Notes: generated from the sequence alone by a model not told the origin. Positions 28,125 through 38,430 are shown, counted from the stretch's first letter. The stretch: DNA of 64,000 nucleotides from Candidatus Micrarchaeota archaeon (GCA_016212375.1 JACRGH010000044.1:1428-65427); one strand, 5' to 3'. Made by a program: numbers and translations.

Positions 28125-28443
28125 GGAAAGAAAAAAAAAGGAAAAACGAATATTTTTAGTTTTTCCGTTTCCGAAAAGTTCAAAAATAAGCCCTAATGAG
28201 CCCCCAATTTGGAAACGAGCACATTTGGTGCCCTTTTGGCATTTTTCGGGTTCGTGCGCCGGAAGCTTTATTAATATCTTCGAAGACCAATAAGTCCACG
28301 AATTCATAAGCGCTTCTTTTATTGGCTGATGTTCGCGTCGCCAAAATCAGGAAAAAGTCGCTGAAAATTCATAAACTGCACGATTAGAAGTCGTGCGGCA
28401 AGACAGGAACGGATTAGAATATCCAAAAACCAGGTCTCAAAAT

Positions 28444-28575
28444 ATGTATGTTTGCGCCAAATGCGGGAAAGTGTTCGCCGACGACGAACTGACGTTCGTC
28501 CGATGCCCCTACTGCTCCAGCAAGGTATTGAACAAGCAGACGCCGCCGACGGTCAAGAAAGTCAAAGCGATTTGA
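28444..28575 (+). CDS. rpoP: DNA-directed RNA polymerase subunit P (Rpo12/RpoP)
   Basis: MYVCAKCGKVF...RCPYCSSKVL...TVKKVKAI: a C4 zinc ribbon of about 44 aa with a subunit P-like tail. Confidence 0.55.
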   Translation: MYVCAKCGKVFADDELTFVRCPYCSSKVLNKQTPPTVKKVKAI

Positions 28576-28610
28576 ACGGCTGCAAAGATAAAAGTTTACA
28601 CTGATTCACG

Positions 28611-29552
28611 ATGGGAAAGAAAGGTCCGAAACGGGGTTCACGCGCCTACTGGCATCGGTCACGTGCGTCGTCGATGACGCCGCGCATCCGCGCTTGGTCC
28701 ACTATCGGAAAGGGCATGCAAGGATTCGCCGGCTACAAAGTCGGCATGGCCCACATCGTCATGAACGAATACAAGGACAACCCCCTCAAAGGCCAGGAAG
28801 TGGCCAAAGCCGTTACCTTCGTCCTGACGCCGCCCATGTACGTCTACTCCATCGTTGCTTACAACTTGACGCCGTACGGCTGGAAAATCGTCGGCGAAGT
28901 GCCGGCCACCAACGCGCCCAAAGAATTGCTCCGTTTGCGCACGGTTGCCAAAAAAACCGAAAAAACAATCGAATCCATCCAGAACGCCGAGGCATTCCGC
29001 CTGCTGACATTTACGCTTCCCCACAAGACCGGCATCAAAAAAACGCCGGAAGTCATGGAAATCGCATTGGGTGGGACGGCCGCCGAAAGCTTGGAATACG
29101 CCAAATCGGTGTTGGGCAAGGACGTGTCCATGAAAGACGTTTACAAAGAAGGCGAGGCCACCGACGTGGTCGCCGTCACCAAGGGACATGGCTGGCAAGG
29201 CGTGGTCAAACGCTTCGGCGTCGCCCTTAACACACACAAGTCCACCGGCGCCCGCCGTCACGGCGGTGCATTGGGTGGAGAAACACAAGCCAAAGTCATG
29301 TTCACCGTTCCGCGTGCAGGACAGATGGGATTCCACCGCCGCACCGAGCGCAATAAGCGCATTTTGGTCATTACCGAAGATGCCACCGAATATCAGCCCA
29401 AAGGCGGATTCCCCCATTTTGGCAACCTCAAAGGCACATTTGCCATGATTGAAGGAAGCTTGCCGGGACCTTCCAAGCGCCTCATCCGATTCCGCAAACC
29501 CTTGCAAGTCCAAAGCACGCAGAAAGTCGAACTTAAAGCCGTGGTCCTCTGA
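28611..29552 (+). CDS. rpl3: Ribosomal protein uL3
   Basis: Archaeal L3 N-terminus and conserved core; first gene of the L3-L4-L23-L2 block. Confidence 0.9.
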   Translation: MGKKGPKRGSRAYWHRSRASSMTPRIRAWSTIGKGMQGFAGYKVGMAHIVMNEYKDNPLKGQEVAKAVTFVLTPPMYVYSIVAYNLTPYGWKIVGEVPATNAPKELLRLRTVAKKTEKTIESIQNAEAFRLLTFTLPHKTGIKKTPEVMEIALGGTAAESLEYAKSVLGKDVSMKDVYKEGEATDVVAVTKGHGWQGVVKRFGVALNTHKSTGARRHGGALGGETQAKVMFTVPRAGQMGFHRRTERNKRILVITEDATEYQPKGGFPHFGNLKGTFAMIEGSLPGPSKRLIRFRKPLQVQSTQKVELKAVVL

Positions 29553-29553
29553 T

Positions 29554-30351
29554 ATGAAAGTCAAAGTATTTGCATTGGATGGCAAACAAAACGGTGAAGT
29601 CGACCTGCCGGACCAATTTTCCGAGCCGTACCGGCCCGACCTGATCCGCCGCGCCTACCATGCCTACAAAACACAATTCTACCAGCCCAAAGGCGCCTAC
29701 CCCCTCGCGGGCCTGCAGACCACGGCAGCATATTACGGTCGCCGTCATGCCTGGCGCCAGATGATCAACACGGGCCAGTCCCACTTGCCGCGTGAAAAAA
29801 TCCCCGGCGGCCGCTCCGGACACGTACGCATCGTGCCGCACTCCAACAAAGGTCGCCGCGCGCACCCCCCGAAGCCCTGGAAGATTTTGCGCGAACGCAT
29901 CAACTTAAAGGAAAAATTCAAGGCCATCCGCTCCGCACTCAACGCCAGCTTAGAAAAGATGCTGGTCGAAAAACGCCACCGCTATGCCGGTATCTTACCC
30001 ATCGTAGTCAACGGCTCCTTCGAGGAAGTCAAACGCGTGCAGGATGCCCGAAAAGTCCTGGACGCTCTTGGCTTGGATGCGGACTTACAAAAGGCCCACG
30101 AAGGCCGCAAGATGCGCTCCGGCCGCTCGCGCCTGCGCAAGGGTGGATATTACGAACCCAAAAGCATCCTCATCGTCTACGCCAAAGACAAAGGCTTGCA
30201 AAAAGCGGTCAGAAACTTACCGGGCGTGGACGCCATCGATGTCAAGAACCTCAACGCCGAGTTATTGGCGCCAGGCGGCGATGCCGGACGCTTGATCGTC
30301 TGGACGCAGGATGCCTTGGCTGAAATGAACCAGGAAAAATTATTCGCATAG
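29554..30351 (+). CDS. rpl4: Ribosomal protein uL4. The start is at MKVKVFALDG; the listed ORF begins earlier in the L3 overlap
   Basis: SEPYRPDLIRRA motif and operon position. Confidence 0.85.
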   Translation: MKVKVFALDGKQNGEVDLPDQFSEPYRPDLIRRAYHAYKTQFYQPKGAYPLAGLQTTAAYYGRRHAWRQMINTGQSHLPREKIPGGRSGHVRIVPHSNKGRRAHPPKPWKILRERINLKEKFKAIRSALNASLEKMLVEKRHRYAGILPIVVNGSFEEVKRVQDARKVLDALGLDADLQKAHEGRKMRSGRSRLRKGGYYEPKSILIVYAKDKGLQKAVRNLPGVDAIDVKNLNAELLAPGGDAGRLIVWTQDALAEMNQEKLFA

Positions 30352-30369
30352 AATTGAAAAAAATCAATT

Positions 30370-30627
30370 GTGAAAACCATGATTATCAAACACGTCCTGA
30401 CCACTGAAAAAGCCGTTGCCGGCATCGAAAAAGACAACCGGTTGGTCTTCGTCGTCATCAGCTCGGCCACCAAGCCGCAAATCAGGGCGGAATTGGAAAG
30501 TGAATACAAGGAAAAAGTCAAATCCATCCAGACCATCAACAGCATCCGCGGACACAAAAAAGCAATCGTGCTGTTCGCGCGCAAAGGCGCCGCATCGGAA
30601 CTCGCGGGCAAACTCAAAGTCATCTAA
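30370..30627 (+). CDS. rpl23: Ribosomal protein uL23
   Basis: Sequence and operon position. Confidence 0.85.
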   Translation: MKTMIIKHVLTTEKAVAGIEKDNRLVFVVISSATKPQIRAELESEYKEKVKSIQTINSIRGHKKAIVLFARKGAASELAGKLKVI

Positions 30628-30637
30628 GTGAAAACAT

Positions 30638-31378
30638 ATGGGCACACGCTTAATCCCACAACGCAGAGGCAAAGGAGGACCGGCCTTCAAATCGCCCAGC
30701 CACCGCTACTACGAGGCCACGCAATACGTCCACATCCCGGGCACCATGCGCGGACAAGTCATCCAAATCCTCACCGACCCTGCACACTCCACCGTCATGG
30801 CGGACATCTTGCTGGAAAATGGCACGACCATGACCTACCTCGCCGCGGAAGGGCTCAAGACGGGCGACCTCATCCAAGTGGGCGCCGATGCGACGCTCAA
30901 CACGGGCAACGTGATGCCGCTTGAAAAAGTGCCGGAAGGCGTATCTGTTTTCAACGTCGAATTGCGTCCAGGCGATGGCGGCCGCGTGTCGCGCGCATCC
31001 GGTTCATCCTCCTTGATTGTAGGACACGACGAGGACACCCACAAAGTCAGTGTTCGTCTCTCGTCCAAGCGCGTGCGCCGGTTATCCCCGCTCTGTTGGG
31101 TCACCATCGGAGTTGCTTCAGGCGGCGGACGGTTGGAAAAACCCCTGCAAAAAGCGGGTAACAGCTTCTACGCCATGAAATCGCGCAACAAATACTGGCC
31201 GGTCGTTCGGGGTACGGCAAAATCCGCATACGATCACCCGCACGGCGGTCGCAGTTTCGGCAAGTCATCGTCGGTTTCACGCAACGCGCCTCCGGGCCAG
31301 AAAGTCGGTCACATCGCCTCCAGCCGCACGGGCCGCCGGCGTGGCCGCGTCGAGCTCAAAGAGGATAAAGGGGACTAA
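30638..31378 (+). CDS. rpl2: Ribosomal protein uL2
   Basis: Conserved uL2 core (GRNAPGGKVGHIAS...). Confidence 0.9.
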   Translation: MGTRLIPQRRGKGGPAFKSPSHRYYEATQYVHIPGTMRGQVIQILTDPAHSTVMADILLENGTTMTYLAAEGLKTGDLIQVGADATLNTGNVMPLEKVPEGVSVFNVELRPGDGGRVSRASGSSSLIVGHDEDTHKVSVRLSSKRVRRLSPLCWVTIGVASGGGRLEKPLQKAGNSFYAMKSRNKYWPVVRGTAKSAYDHPHGGRSFGKSSSVSRNAPPGQKVGHIASSRTGRRRGRVELKEDKGD

Positions 31379-31380
31379 AA

Positions 31381-31767
31381 ATGGCTAAGATTACGCGCTA
31401 CAAAGGAAAGACCGTCGATGAGCTCAAGGCCATGCCGTTGGAGCAGTTCATCCAGATTTTGCCGTCCAAAGTGCGCCGCACCATGATGCGCAACGGCGTC
31501 CAAACCAAACGCTTCTTAAAATCGTTCCACCGCCGCATGAAGAAAAACAAACCCATCAAGACGCACTTCCGTGAGATGGTTATCATCCCGGAGATGCTGG
31601 GCTTTCGCTTCCAAGTGTACAACGGCAAACAATACATCGATTTTACCGCAGACATCGCCATGATTGGAAACCGCCTGGGTGAATTTTCCAACCCGGTGCA
31701 GATGGTGCGCCACTCCGGTCCGGGTATCGGCGCCACGCGTGGATCGAAGTCCGTCGAACTGAAATAA
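31381..31767 (+). CDS. rps19: Ribosomal protein uS19
   Basis: Sequence and operon position. Confidence 0.9.
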   Translation: MAKITRYKGKTVDELKAMPLEQFIQILPSKVRRTMMRNGVQTKRFLKSFHRRMKKNKPIKTHFREMVIIPEMLGFRFQVYNGKQYIDFTADIAMIGNRLGEFSNPVQMVRHSGPGIGATRGSKSVELK

Positions 31768-32454
31768 GTGAACAAAATGGGATTGTACAAGTACTCCGTC
31801 AAACACGCCGAAAAAGTCGGCAAGGCCCAAGCGCACGATTTGGATGCGTCCTACAAGGACCTCACCCAGGTCTTGCGCGCCATCACGGGCCTATCGGTTG
31901 AAAAAGCATTTGCCAAATTGGACGCGGCCATCAAAGGTGAGCATGCCATCTTGTACACCCGTTTTAACACTGGTTCGGGCCACCGTTCCGAATTGGGCGG
32001 CAAAAAAGGCCGTTACCCCAAGAAGGAATGCAAGATGGTCTACGCCACGCTCAAAAACGCGGCGGCCAACGCCGTCAACCTCGGATTGGATGAAAAATCG
32101 TTGGTCGTCATGCACGGCTCGGCGAATAAGCAGAACACCTTCCGCCGTTACCGCACCTTCTGGGTGGGTAGCACGACGTTGGGTTATGGCAAGCACGCCA
32201 TGTGGGCTGACTACGTGACGGCTTGGATGCAGATCATCGTGGGCGGCAAACCCGCGGAAAAGAAAGAGGTCAAACCAAAAGCCGCGAAGGAAAAATCCGA
32301 ATCAAAAGAATCCACGGAAAAAACGCCTAAACCCGTTGAAGCCAAAGCAATAACGGACGCTAAAGCGGACGAAAAACCGCCAGCAAAAACCGAATCCAAA
32401 CCGCCGGCGCCCAAGGCCGAAAAAGCCAAAGGCGCGACGACCGCGAGCCAATAG
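31768..32454 (+). CDS. rpl22: Ribosomal protein uL22 with a Lys/Glu/Ala-rich C-terminal extension
   Basis: uL22 core, then a low-complexity tail. Confidence 0.85.
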   Translation: MNKMGLYKYSVKHAEKVGKAQAHDLDASYKDLTQVLRAITGLSVEKAFAKLDAAIKGEHAILYTRFNTGSGHRSELGGKKGRYPKKECKMVYATLKNAAANAVNLGLDEKSLVVMHGSANKQNTFRRYRTFWVGSTTLGYGKHAMWADYVTAWMQIIVGGKPAEKKEVKPKAAKEKSESKESTEKTPKPVEAKAITDAKADEKPPAKTESKPPAPKAEKAKGATTASQ

Positions 32455-32472
32455 AATTCAAAGGATGATGCA

Positions 32473-33336
32473 ATGACGATTCAAAGCAAGATGATTCAAA
32501 AAGCGCTGGCGGACCTGACGGTCAAATTGTTCCTGTACAAGGACTTGGCCAAAGCCGGCGTTTCCGACATCCAAATCCAACGCACCCCCATCGCCACCCG
32601 CATTACCGCCCGCGTCCGCAAACCGGGCATGGTCGTCGGCAAAAAAGGCAACACCATCAAGGAAGTGTGCGACGAACTCTCACGCCGCTTCGGCATTGAA
32701 AATCCGCAGTTCGAAGTGGTCGAAGTGACCCAACCGGCATTGGATGCCAAATTGATGGCCGAGAAAATCGGACAACGCATCGAAATGCGCCCCAACATCA
32801 AACCGATCATGCGCATGGCATTGCGCGAAATCATGGAAGCCGGAGCCTTGGGAGCGGAACTCCAAGTCGCCGGTAAGGTCGTTGGAAAAGGCGGAAAAGC
32901 AAAGGCCTTGCGCGTGCGCGACGGCTACTTGCGCAAATCCGGCGAGCCGATGAAACAGGTCCGCAAAGGCCACTACGTGGCATACCTCAAAGCCGGCGCC
33001 ATTGGCGTATCGGTCAAGATTGTCCCGCCCAACGCACACTTCCCGGACACCGTCCACGTGCAAAAGCCATCGGCTGAGACGGATAAGCTGTTCGCGGACC
33101 AAGCGAGCGCACAGATTGCCGCGGACATCGCCACGGACGCTGCCGCGAATGCCGCACCTGCTGAAAGCAATTCTGAATCGTCCGATTCGAAAAAAGCCAC
33201 TCCGGCAAAAAAACGCCCGGTTCGTAAGGCAAAGAAAGCCGACGAACAAAGCGCCACGGTAAAGCAACCAGTAGAAAAAACCGAATCCAAAGCCGAGGCG
33301 CAAAGTGAAAAGCCGGTCGAACCTGCCGCGTCATAA
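32473..33336 (+). CDS. rps3: Ribosomal protein uS3 with a low-complexity C-terminal tail
   Basis: KH-domain motif VVGKKGNTIKE. Confidence 0.9.
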   Translation: MTIQSKMIQKALADLTVKLFLYKDLAKAGVSDIQIQRTPIATRITARVRKPGMVVGKKGNTIKEVCDELSRRFGIENPQFEVVEVTQPALDAKLMAEKIGQRIEMRPNIKPIMRMALREIMEAGALGAELQVAGKVVGKGGKAKALRVRDGYLRKSGEPMKQVRKGHYVAYLKAGAIGVSVKIVPPNAHFPDTVHVQKPSAETDKLFADQASAQIAADIATDAAANAAPAESNSESSDSKKATPAKKRPVRKAKKADEQSATVKQPVEKTESKAEAQSEKPVEPAAS

Positions 33337-33366
33337 AAATAATGAAAAACGATGTGAACACCCCTG

Positions 33367-33579
33367 ATGGCCATCATCCAAAAAAGCAAACTCAACGACA
33401 TGACCTCCGCCGACATGGAGGCCGAATTACAGAAGGTCCGCTCGGAATACCGCGCGGAAATGGCAGCCTTTGGCTCGTCGGGCAAACCGAAGAACCCCGG
33501 ACGCTACAAGGAGTTGCGCCGCATGGTCGCACGCCTGATTACCAAGATGGCGCAGAAAAACGTTTCAAAGAAAAAATGA
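33367..33579 (+). CDS. rpl29: Ribosomal protein uL29
   Basis: Sequence and operon position. Confidence 0.85.
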   Translation: MAIIQKSKLNDMTSADMEAELQKVRSEYRAEMAAFGSSGKPKNPGRYKELRRMVARLITKMAQKNVSKKK

Positions 33580-33713
33580 AAGCGAAAGAAAAGCAACGAT
33601 TGAAAAAATGAAACCACATCCAAACGACGAACAACACAAGAACGCCAATAATAAAGATTATTAAACAACCAATTCAGAATAAAGCTCTCGCGAAAGCGAA
33701 GGATTTATCAAAA

Positions 33714-34016
33714 ATGTCAGAAATTTGTTCCACGTGCGGCCTGCCCAAAGAGATTTGTGCATGCCAAACCATTGAAAAAGAAACCACAACGAAATTGAAG
33801 GTGTACACCACCAAGAAACGGTTCAACAAGCTGGTCACCTTGGTTGAAGGGTTGACGGGCGGGGAGTTGGATACGGCGGCCAAAGAGCTGAAACGCAAAT
33901 TGGCCTGCGGGGGTTCCGTCAAGGACGGCATCATCGTGCTGCAAGGCGATCATCTTCAAAAGACCATCGAATATTTGGTCAAGTTGGGGTATCCCAGAGA
34001 GATTATCAAGACGTGA
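33714..34016 (+). CDS. sui1: Translation initiation factor aSUI1 (eIF1 homolog)
   Basis: CxxC N-terminus plus the SUI1 core (GGSVKDG.IVLQGDH). Confidence 0.85.
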   Translation: MSEICSTCGLPKEICACQTIEKETTTKLKVYTTKKRFNKLVTLVEGLTGGELDTAAKELKRKLACGGSVKDGIIVLQGDHLQKTIEYLVKLGYPREIIKT

Positions 34017-34288
34017 AAAACACGCCCGTGCCATCCGCGCGCCAAAAGCGGGACATGCTACAACATGAATTCATCGGTTGCGATGTTTGCGTGTTGGAGA
34101 TATCCGGCAAAGCCGTACGGAATTTGCAGGGCGCGGTGTTGGACGAAACCAAGTCCACGTTTTTGGTCCAGACCCGACGCGGTCAGAAGCGTGTTCCTAA
34201 AAAAGGGGCCCGTTTTTCATTCGCGTTCGGCGTGGTGGACGGAAACGACATCTTGTGCGCTCCATCTGAGCGGCTCAAGCGTCTGTAA
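34013..34288 (+). CDS. rnp1: RNase P protein component 1 (Rpp29/Pop4)
   Basis: Position between sui1 and S17; sequence consistent with the Rpp29 fold. Confidence 0.65.
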   Translation: MKNTPVPSARQKRDMLQHEFIGCDVCVLEISGKAVRNLQGAVLDETKSTFLVQTRRGQKRVPKKGARFSFAFGVVDGNDILCAPSERLKRL

Positions 34289-34317
34289 CCGGTAAAAACG
34301 AAAAGGTAAGAAACAAC

Positions 34318-34605
34318 ATGGCCGAAACCAAATCCAAAAAAGAACATCAACCGCTCCGCGTACGCGGTGCCATTGTCGAGGGCACCGTGGTCAGCACGCG
34401 CCCCAAGAAAACCGCCATCATCCAGATTGCCTACGTCAAGAAAGTGCCGAAGTACGAACGCCTGGAAAAACGCCGCTCACGCCTGGCCATCCACGTGCCG
34501 GACGGCATGACCGTACAGGTGGGACAGAAAGTCCGCGCCGGTGAGACGCGCAAAATCAGCAAGACAAAATCATTCGTTTTAATGGAAGTTTTGGGTGCTA
34601 ACTAA
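34318..34605 (+). CDS. rps17: Ribosomal protein uS17
   Basis: Sequence and operon position. Confidence 0.85.
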   Translation: MAETKSKKEHQPLRVRGAIVEGTVVSTRPKKTAIIQIAYVKKVPKYERLEKRRSRLAIHVPDGMTVQVGQKVRAGETRKISKTKSFVLMEVLGAN

Positions 34606-34607
34606 GA

Positions 34608-35003
34608 ATGCTCGGTTTAACTGCAACACCCACCAAATCCCTGACCATTGGAACGACCTTGCTCTGCGATGATAATTCTGGGGCCAAAATGGTCGCCATC
34701 ATCGGCGTAAAAGGCTACCGCGCCCGCCTGCGCGCGTACCCCAAAGCCGGCATAGGCGACATCGTCATCGTGGCCGTCAAGAAAGGAAAGCCGGACATGG
34801 TCAAGAAAAAGGAAAAAGCGGTCATCATCCGCCAATGCAAGGAGTTCCGCCGAGGTTCCCGCCGCGTCAAATTCGAGGACAACGCCTGCGTCCTGATTGA
34901 TGACGCCGGATTACCGAAGGGTACGGAAATCAAAGGCTGCGTCGCCCGTGAAATCGCCGAACGCTACCCCAAAGTAGTGGGCATCGCGTCTAGCGTCGTT
35001 TAA
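34608..35003 (+). CDS. rpl14: Ribosomal protein uL14
   Basis: CDDNSGAK motif. Confidence 0.9.
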   Translation: MLGLTATPTKSLTIGTTLLCDDNSGAKMVAIIGVKGYRARLRAYPKAGIGDIVIVAVKKGKPDMVKKKEKAVIIRQCKEFRRGSRRVKFEDNACVLIDDAGLPKGTEIKGCVAREIAERYPKVVGIASSVV

Positions 35004-35031
35004 GAAATAATGAGTTGAGTGCATTCCACAC

Positions 35032-35364
35032 ATGGTCAAAAGCTCCCTCCCCCGCAAACAACGCCTCGCACGCTACAACGCGCCGCTGCACGTCCGCCAA
35101 AAACAGGTCGCCGCGCATTTGAGCAAGGAGTTGCGCACGGCACACAAGAAACGCTCGATGCCCCTCCACAAGGGCGACACGGTCAAGGTCATGACGGGAA
35201 AATACCGCGGACTGTCCGGAAAAGTCATCGATGTGAGCCTGACACGCCGCATCGTGGCCATCGAGGGCGTCAACGTCAAGAAGCAATCCGGAAAGGAAAT
35301 CCCGGCGAACCTGGATCCCTCCAACGTGATGATTACAGTCTTGTCCGAACGCAAGAAATCATAG
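35032..35364 (+). CDS. rpl24: Ribosomal protein uL24
   Basis: KOW motif KGDTVKVMTGKYRG. Confidence 0.85.
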   Translation: MVKSSLPRKQRLARYNAPLHVRQKQVAAHLSKELRTAHKKRSMPLHKGDTVKVMTGKYRGLSGKVIDVSLTRRIVAIEGVNVKKQSGKEIPANLDPSNVMITVLSERKKS

Positions 35365-35396
35365 GAAAAATGATTCGAAAAAACAGCAAAAAAAAA

Positions 35397-35427
35397 CATT
35401 ACTGAAAAGCGCAAGGAAGAAAAATCC
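35397..35427 (+). repeat. Copy of the dispersed A-rich intergenic motif CAYTACYGAAAAGCGCAAGGAAGAAAA
   Basis: One of at least six copies in long spacers: 35397, 36944, 37459, 40083, 57027 and 57608. Weaker variants lie at about 13056 and 42735. Confidence 0.6.
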
Positions 35428-35513
35428 AAAAAAAAGCAAAAATCAAAGAAAATACAAATCAAACCCCGACAAAAAAAAATCACATTGAAACGAAAACTTG
35501 AGGAAAACTGAAA

Positions 35514-36227
35514 ATGGCATCCCACGGTTCATCCAAACACCAAAAACGCATGGCCGCACCCAAATCATCGCCCATCGCCCGCAAAGTCCACGTCTGGCTG
35601 CAAAAACCCAACCCGGGCCCGCATGCCAAGGAACACGCCATGGCATTGGGCACGATGCTGGTCGAGCGCTTACACATCTGCGAAACGCAACGGTTGGCCA
35701 AGAAATTGGTAACGCAGGGAAAAGTGTTGGTGGACGGCCGCAAGGTGGCAAGCGTCAAATTCCCGCTGGGATTGATGGACATCATCTCCATTCCGGCGCT
35801 CAAAAAACAGTTCATGATCATCATCCAATCCGGCGAGCTTCACGCAATTGAAATTTCCGAAAAAACGGCAGCCACCAAACTGTGCCGCATCATGGACAAG
35901 ACCGTCCTTGACGGCGGACGCATCCAACTGCACCTGCACGACGGGCGCAACATCATCATCGTGCGCGAGGAAGACCGCTTCAAGACCGGCGACACGCTCA
36001 AATTGTCAATCCCCAAGCAGACCGTGCAAGGGTTCCTGAAAATGGAAAAAGGCGCCATTTGCTACATCCACCAAGGCCGCCACTCCGGACAAACGGCCAA
36101 ATTGGACCAAATCGTGGACCGGGAAGGCTCACGCCGGGCTGAGGCCGCATTGACCTCCGACGGCCATAGCCTCATCACACTGAAAGATTACCTGTTCGTG
36201 GTCGAACAAGGATTTGCAGTAAAATAG
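35514..36227 (+). CDS. rps4e: Ribosomal protein eS4
   Basis: Sequence and operon position. Confidence 0.9.
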   Translation: MASHGSSKHQKRMAAPKSSPIARKVHVWLQKPNPGPHAKEHAMALGTMLVERLHICETQRLAKKLVTQGKVLVDGRKVASVKFPLGLMDIISIPALKKQFMIIIQSGELHAIEISEKTAATKLCRIMDKTVLDGGRIQLHLHDGRNIIIVREEDRFKTGDTLKLSIPKQTVQGFLKMEKGAICYIHQGRHSGQTAKLDQIVDREGSRRAEAALTSDGHSLITLKDYLFVVEQGFAVK

Positions 36228-36745
36228 TGATCACCAACATGACGGATATGAACCAAGTGGTATTGGAAAAAGTGACGGTCAACATCGGCGTAGGCCAAGG
36301 GGGACAACCCTTGGAAAACGCCAAGAAACTGTTGGAACAGCTGACCGGAGCCAAGGCCATCCACACGCTTTCGCGCACGCGCAACCCGACGTTCAACCTC
36401 AAAAAGGGCGAGCCCATCGGCGTCAAAGTGACGCTTCGGGGCACGCCAGCCATTGAATTTGTAAAAAAAGCGCTGGTCGCACGGGAGAATAAGATTCTGT
36501 CCCGTAATTTTGACCGCACGGGCAACGTGGCGTTCGGCGTGCCGGAATACATCGACTTTCCGGGCATGAAATACATCCCCGAAATCGGCATCCTGGGATT
36601 CGACGTCTGCCTCACCCTCCAAAAACCCGGCGCACGCATCAAACGCCGCAAAGTCGCCCCCCGCTCGTTGCCGCAGAAACAGCGCGTGAACCAGGCCGAA
36701 GCGGAAGCATACATGAAGAAAACATTTGCCGTGAACGTGGTCTGA
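36227..36745 (+). CDS. rpl5: Ribosomal protein uL5
   Basis: Sequence and operon position. Confidence 0.9.
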   Translation: MITNMTDMNQVVLEKVTVNIGVGQGGQPLENAKKLLEQLTGAKAIHTLSRTRNPTFNLKKGEPIGVKVTLRGTPAIEFVKKALVARENKILSRNFDRTGNVAFGVPEYIDFPGMKYIPEIGILGFDVCLTLQKPGARIKRRKVAPRSLPQKQRVNQAEAEAYMKKTFAVNVV

Positions 36746-36750
36746 AACCT

Positions 36751-36906
36751 ATGATGAAGCTTGAAACCAAATTCAAAAAACGCGCATTCCGTCGCTGCCG
36801 CTTCTGCGGAGGAACCCGTGGCTTGATCCAAAAATACGGATTGTACGTCTGCCGCAAGTGTTTCCGCGAAAAGGCGGAAGACATCGGATTCAAAAAATAT
36901 TCATAG
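36751..36906 (+). CDS. rps14: Ribosomal protein uS14 (zinc-binding type, 51 aa). It is absent from the ORF track because it is under 60 aa
   Basis: Manual translation gives [51 protein letters not shown] with the CxxC...CxxC pattern. Confidence 0.8.
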   Translation: MMKLETKFKKRAFRRCRFCGGTRGLIQKYGLYVCRKCFREKAEDIGFKKYS

Positions 36907-36943
36907 GACGAACCTAAGGAAAAATGGAGCAACTCAAAAAAAA

Positions 36944-36974
36944 CCATTATCGAATGCGCAAGGAAAAAGAGAAC
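36944..36974 (+). repeat. Variant copy of the dispersed A-rich intergenic motif (CCATTATCGAATGCGCAAGGAAAAAGAGAAC)
   Basis: Sequence similarity to the other copies. Confidence 0.45.
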
Positions 36975-37040
36975 GCAATAAAAAAATATTCCAAGCAATC
37001 TGAAACAACAATCAACTGAAATGAACGAGACTGAAAAACC

Positions 37041-37424
37041 ATGGACACGCTTGCCAACGCACTCAACAGCATGAAAGTCGCCGAAACCAAGGGCCGCAGC
37101 TCCTCCAGGGTCAAGCCCACATCGCGGCTGATCAAGGAAGTATTGCAGGTATTGCAGGACAACGGCTACATCACGGGTTGCGAATACCAGACGGATGCAC
37201 AAGGCGGCTTTTTCACGGTCACGCTCAACGGCAAGATCAATGACTGCGGCACCATCAAACCCCGCTTTTCCGTCACGGCATTGACATGGGAAAAATTCGA
37301 ACAACGCTTCCTGCCATCCAAGGACACCGGCATCCTGATCGTCTCGACCCCGCAGGGCGTGATGACGCATTTGCAGGCCAAAGAAAAGAAGACGGGCGGA
37401 CGGCTCATCGCGTACACATATTAG
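37041..37424 (+). CDS. rps8: Ribosomal protein uS8
   Basis: Sequence and operon position. Confidence 0.9.
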   Translation: MDTLANALNSMKVAETKGRSSSRVKPTSRLIKEVLQVLQDNGYITGCEYQTDAQGGFFTVTLNGKINDCGTIKPRFSVTALTWEKFEQRFLPSKDTGILIVSTPQGVMTHLQAKEKKTGGRLIAYTY

Positions 37425-37458
37425 AGGGAAAAACCCGAAAAGAAAACAACACGGAAAA

Positions 37459-37489
37459 GCATTACCGAAAAGCGCAATGGAAAAAAATC
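37459..37489 (+). repeat. Copy of the dispersed A-rich intergenic motif (GCATTACCGAAAAGCGCAATGGAAAAAAATC)
   Basis: Sequence similarity. Confidence 0.6.
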
Positions 37490-37569
37490 AATTGAAATAA
37501 AAAAAAACGAAACACAAAACAATTGAAAAAAAACAAACGTAAACAAAAACGCAATTCAAGATTCAACAC

Positions 37570-38082
37570 GTGAAACACATGCAACTTCCCCAAGGCGTCA
37601 GCATTTCATTGGAACCCGGACTCATCAAAGTCAGTGGCCCGAAAGGCGAGGTCCAGAAGAAATTCGACGTCAAGACCATCGGCGTCAAAGTCGACGGAAC
37701 GGAAGTGACGGTTAGCACGGTGGGCAAAAAACTCACCAAACCGCTCAAAGCCGCATTGGGCGCGGTCGAATCACACATCCGCAACATGGTCCACGGCGTG
37801 CAGCACGGTTACGACGTCAAATTGGCGTTGGTCTACTCGCATTTCCCCGTCACCGTCGAGAGCAAAGGCGAAACGGTATTGATAAAGAACTTCCTGGGCG
37901 AAAAAACGCCACGCGTGGTCAAGGTCAAAGGGAAAGTCAAAGTAAGCATCGCCGGACAGGAAATCACCGTCTCCGGCATCAACAAGGAAGAAGTGGGCCA
38001 AGTCGCATCCAGCCTCATCGAGGCCACGGATGTCGGCCACCGCGACGAGCGGGTCTTCCAAGACGGAATTTATTACGCATAG
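37570..38082 (+). CDS. rpl6: Ribosomal protein uL6. The listed start is GTG 37570; an ATG follows at 37579
   Basis: Sequence and operon position. Confidence 0.85.
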   Translation: MKHMQLPQGVSISLEPGLIKVSGPKGEVQKKFDVKTIGVKVDGTEVTVSTVGKKLTKPLKAALGAVESHIRNMVHGVQHGYDVKLALVYSHFPVTVESKGETVLIKNFLGEKTPRVVKVKGKVKVSIAGQEITVSGINKEEVGQVASSLIEATDVGHRDERVFQDGIYYA

Positions 38083-38096
38083 AATTGTGATACGAT

Positions 38097-38429
38097 ATGG
38101 CACCGCATCCCAAAACCCCCAATTTCGTCCGCGCCAACAGCTACAAACGCCGCGTGTCGCGCACCGGTTGGCGCAAGCCCCGCGGCATCGACAGCAAGCA
38201 GCGCATCATGTGGAAGTCCACGCCGAACATGCCGAAAATCGGTTACGGCACGGCCAAAGCCACGCGCCATTTCCACCCCTCAGGCAAGGCGGAAGTATTG
38301 GTCCATAATGAAAAGGAACTGGCCGGCGTCAAAAACGCGGTCGTCCGCTTTTCCGGATCCATGGGCCGCAAAAAATATCTGGTCTTGAAGAAAAAGGCGC
38401 ACGATATGAAACTCAAGGTGCTTAACTGA
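38097..38429 (+). CDS. rpl32e: Ribosomal protein eL32
   Basis: Sequence and operon position. Confidence 0.85.
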   Translation: MAPHPKTPNFVRANSYKRRVSRTGWRKPRGIDSKQRIMWKSTPNMPKIGYGTAKATRHFHPSGKAEVLVHNEKELAGVKNAVVRFSGSMGRKKYLVLKKKAHDMKLKVLN

Positions 38430-38430
38430 T

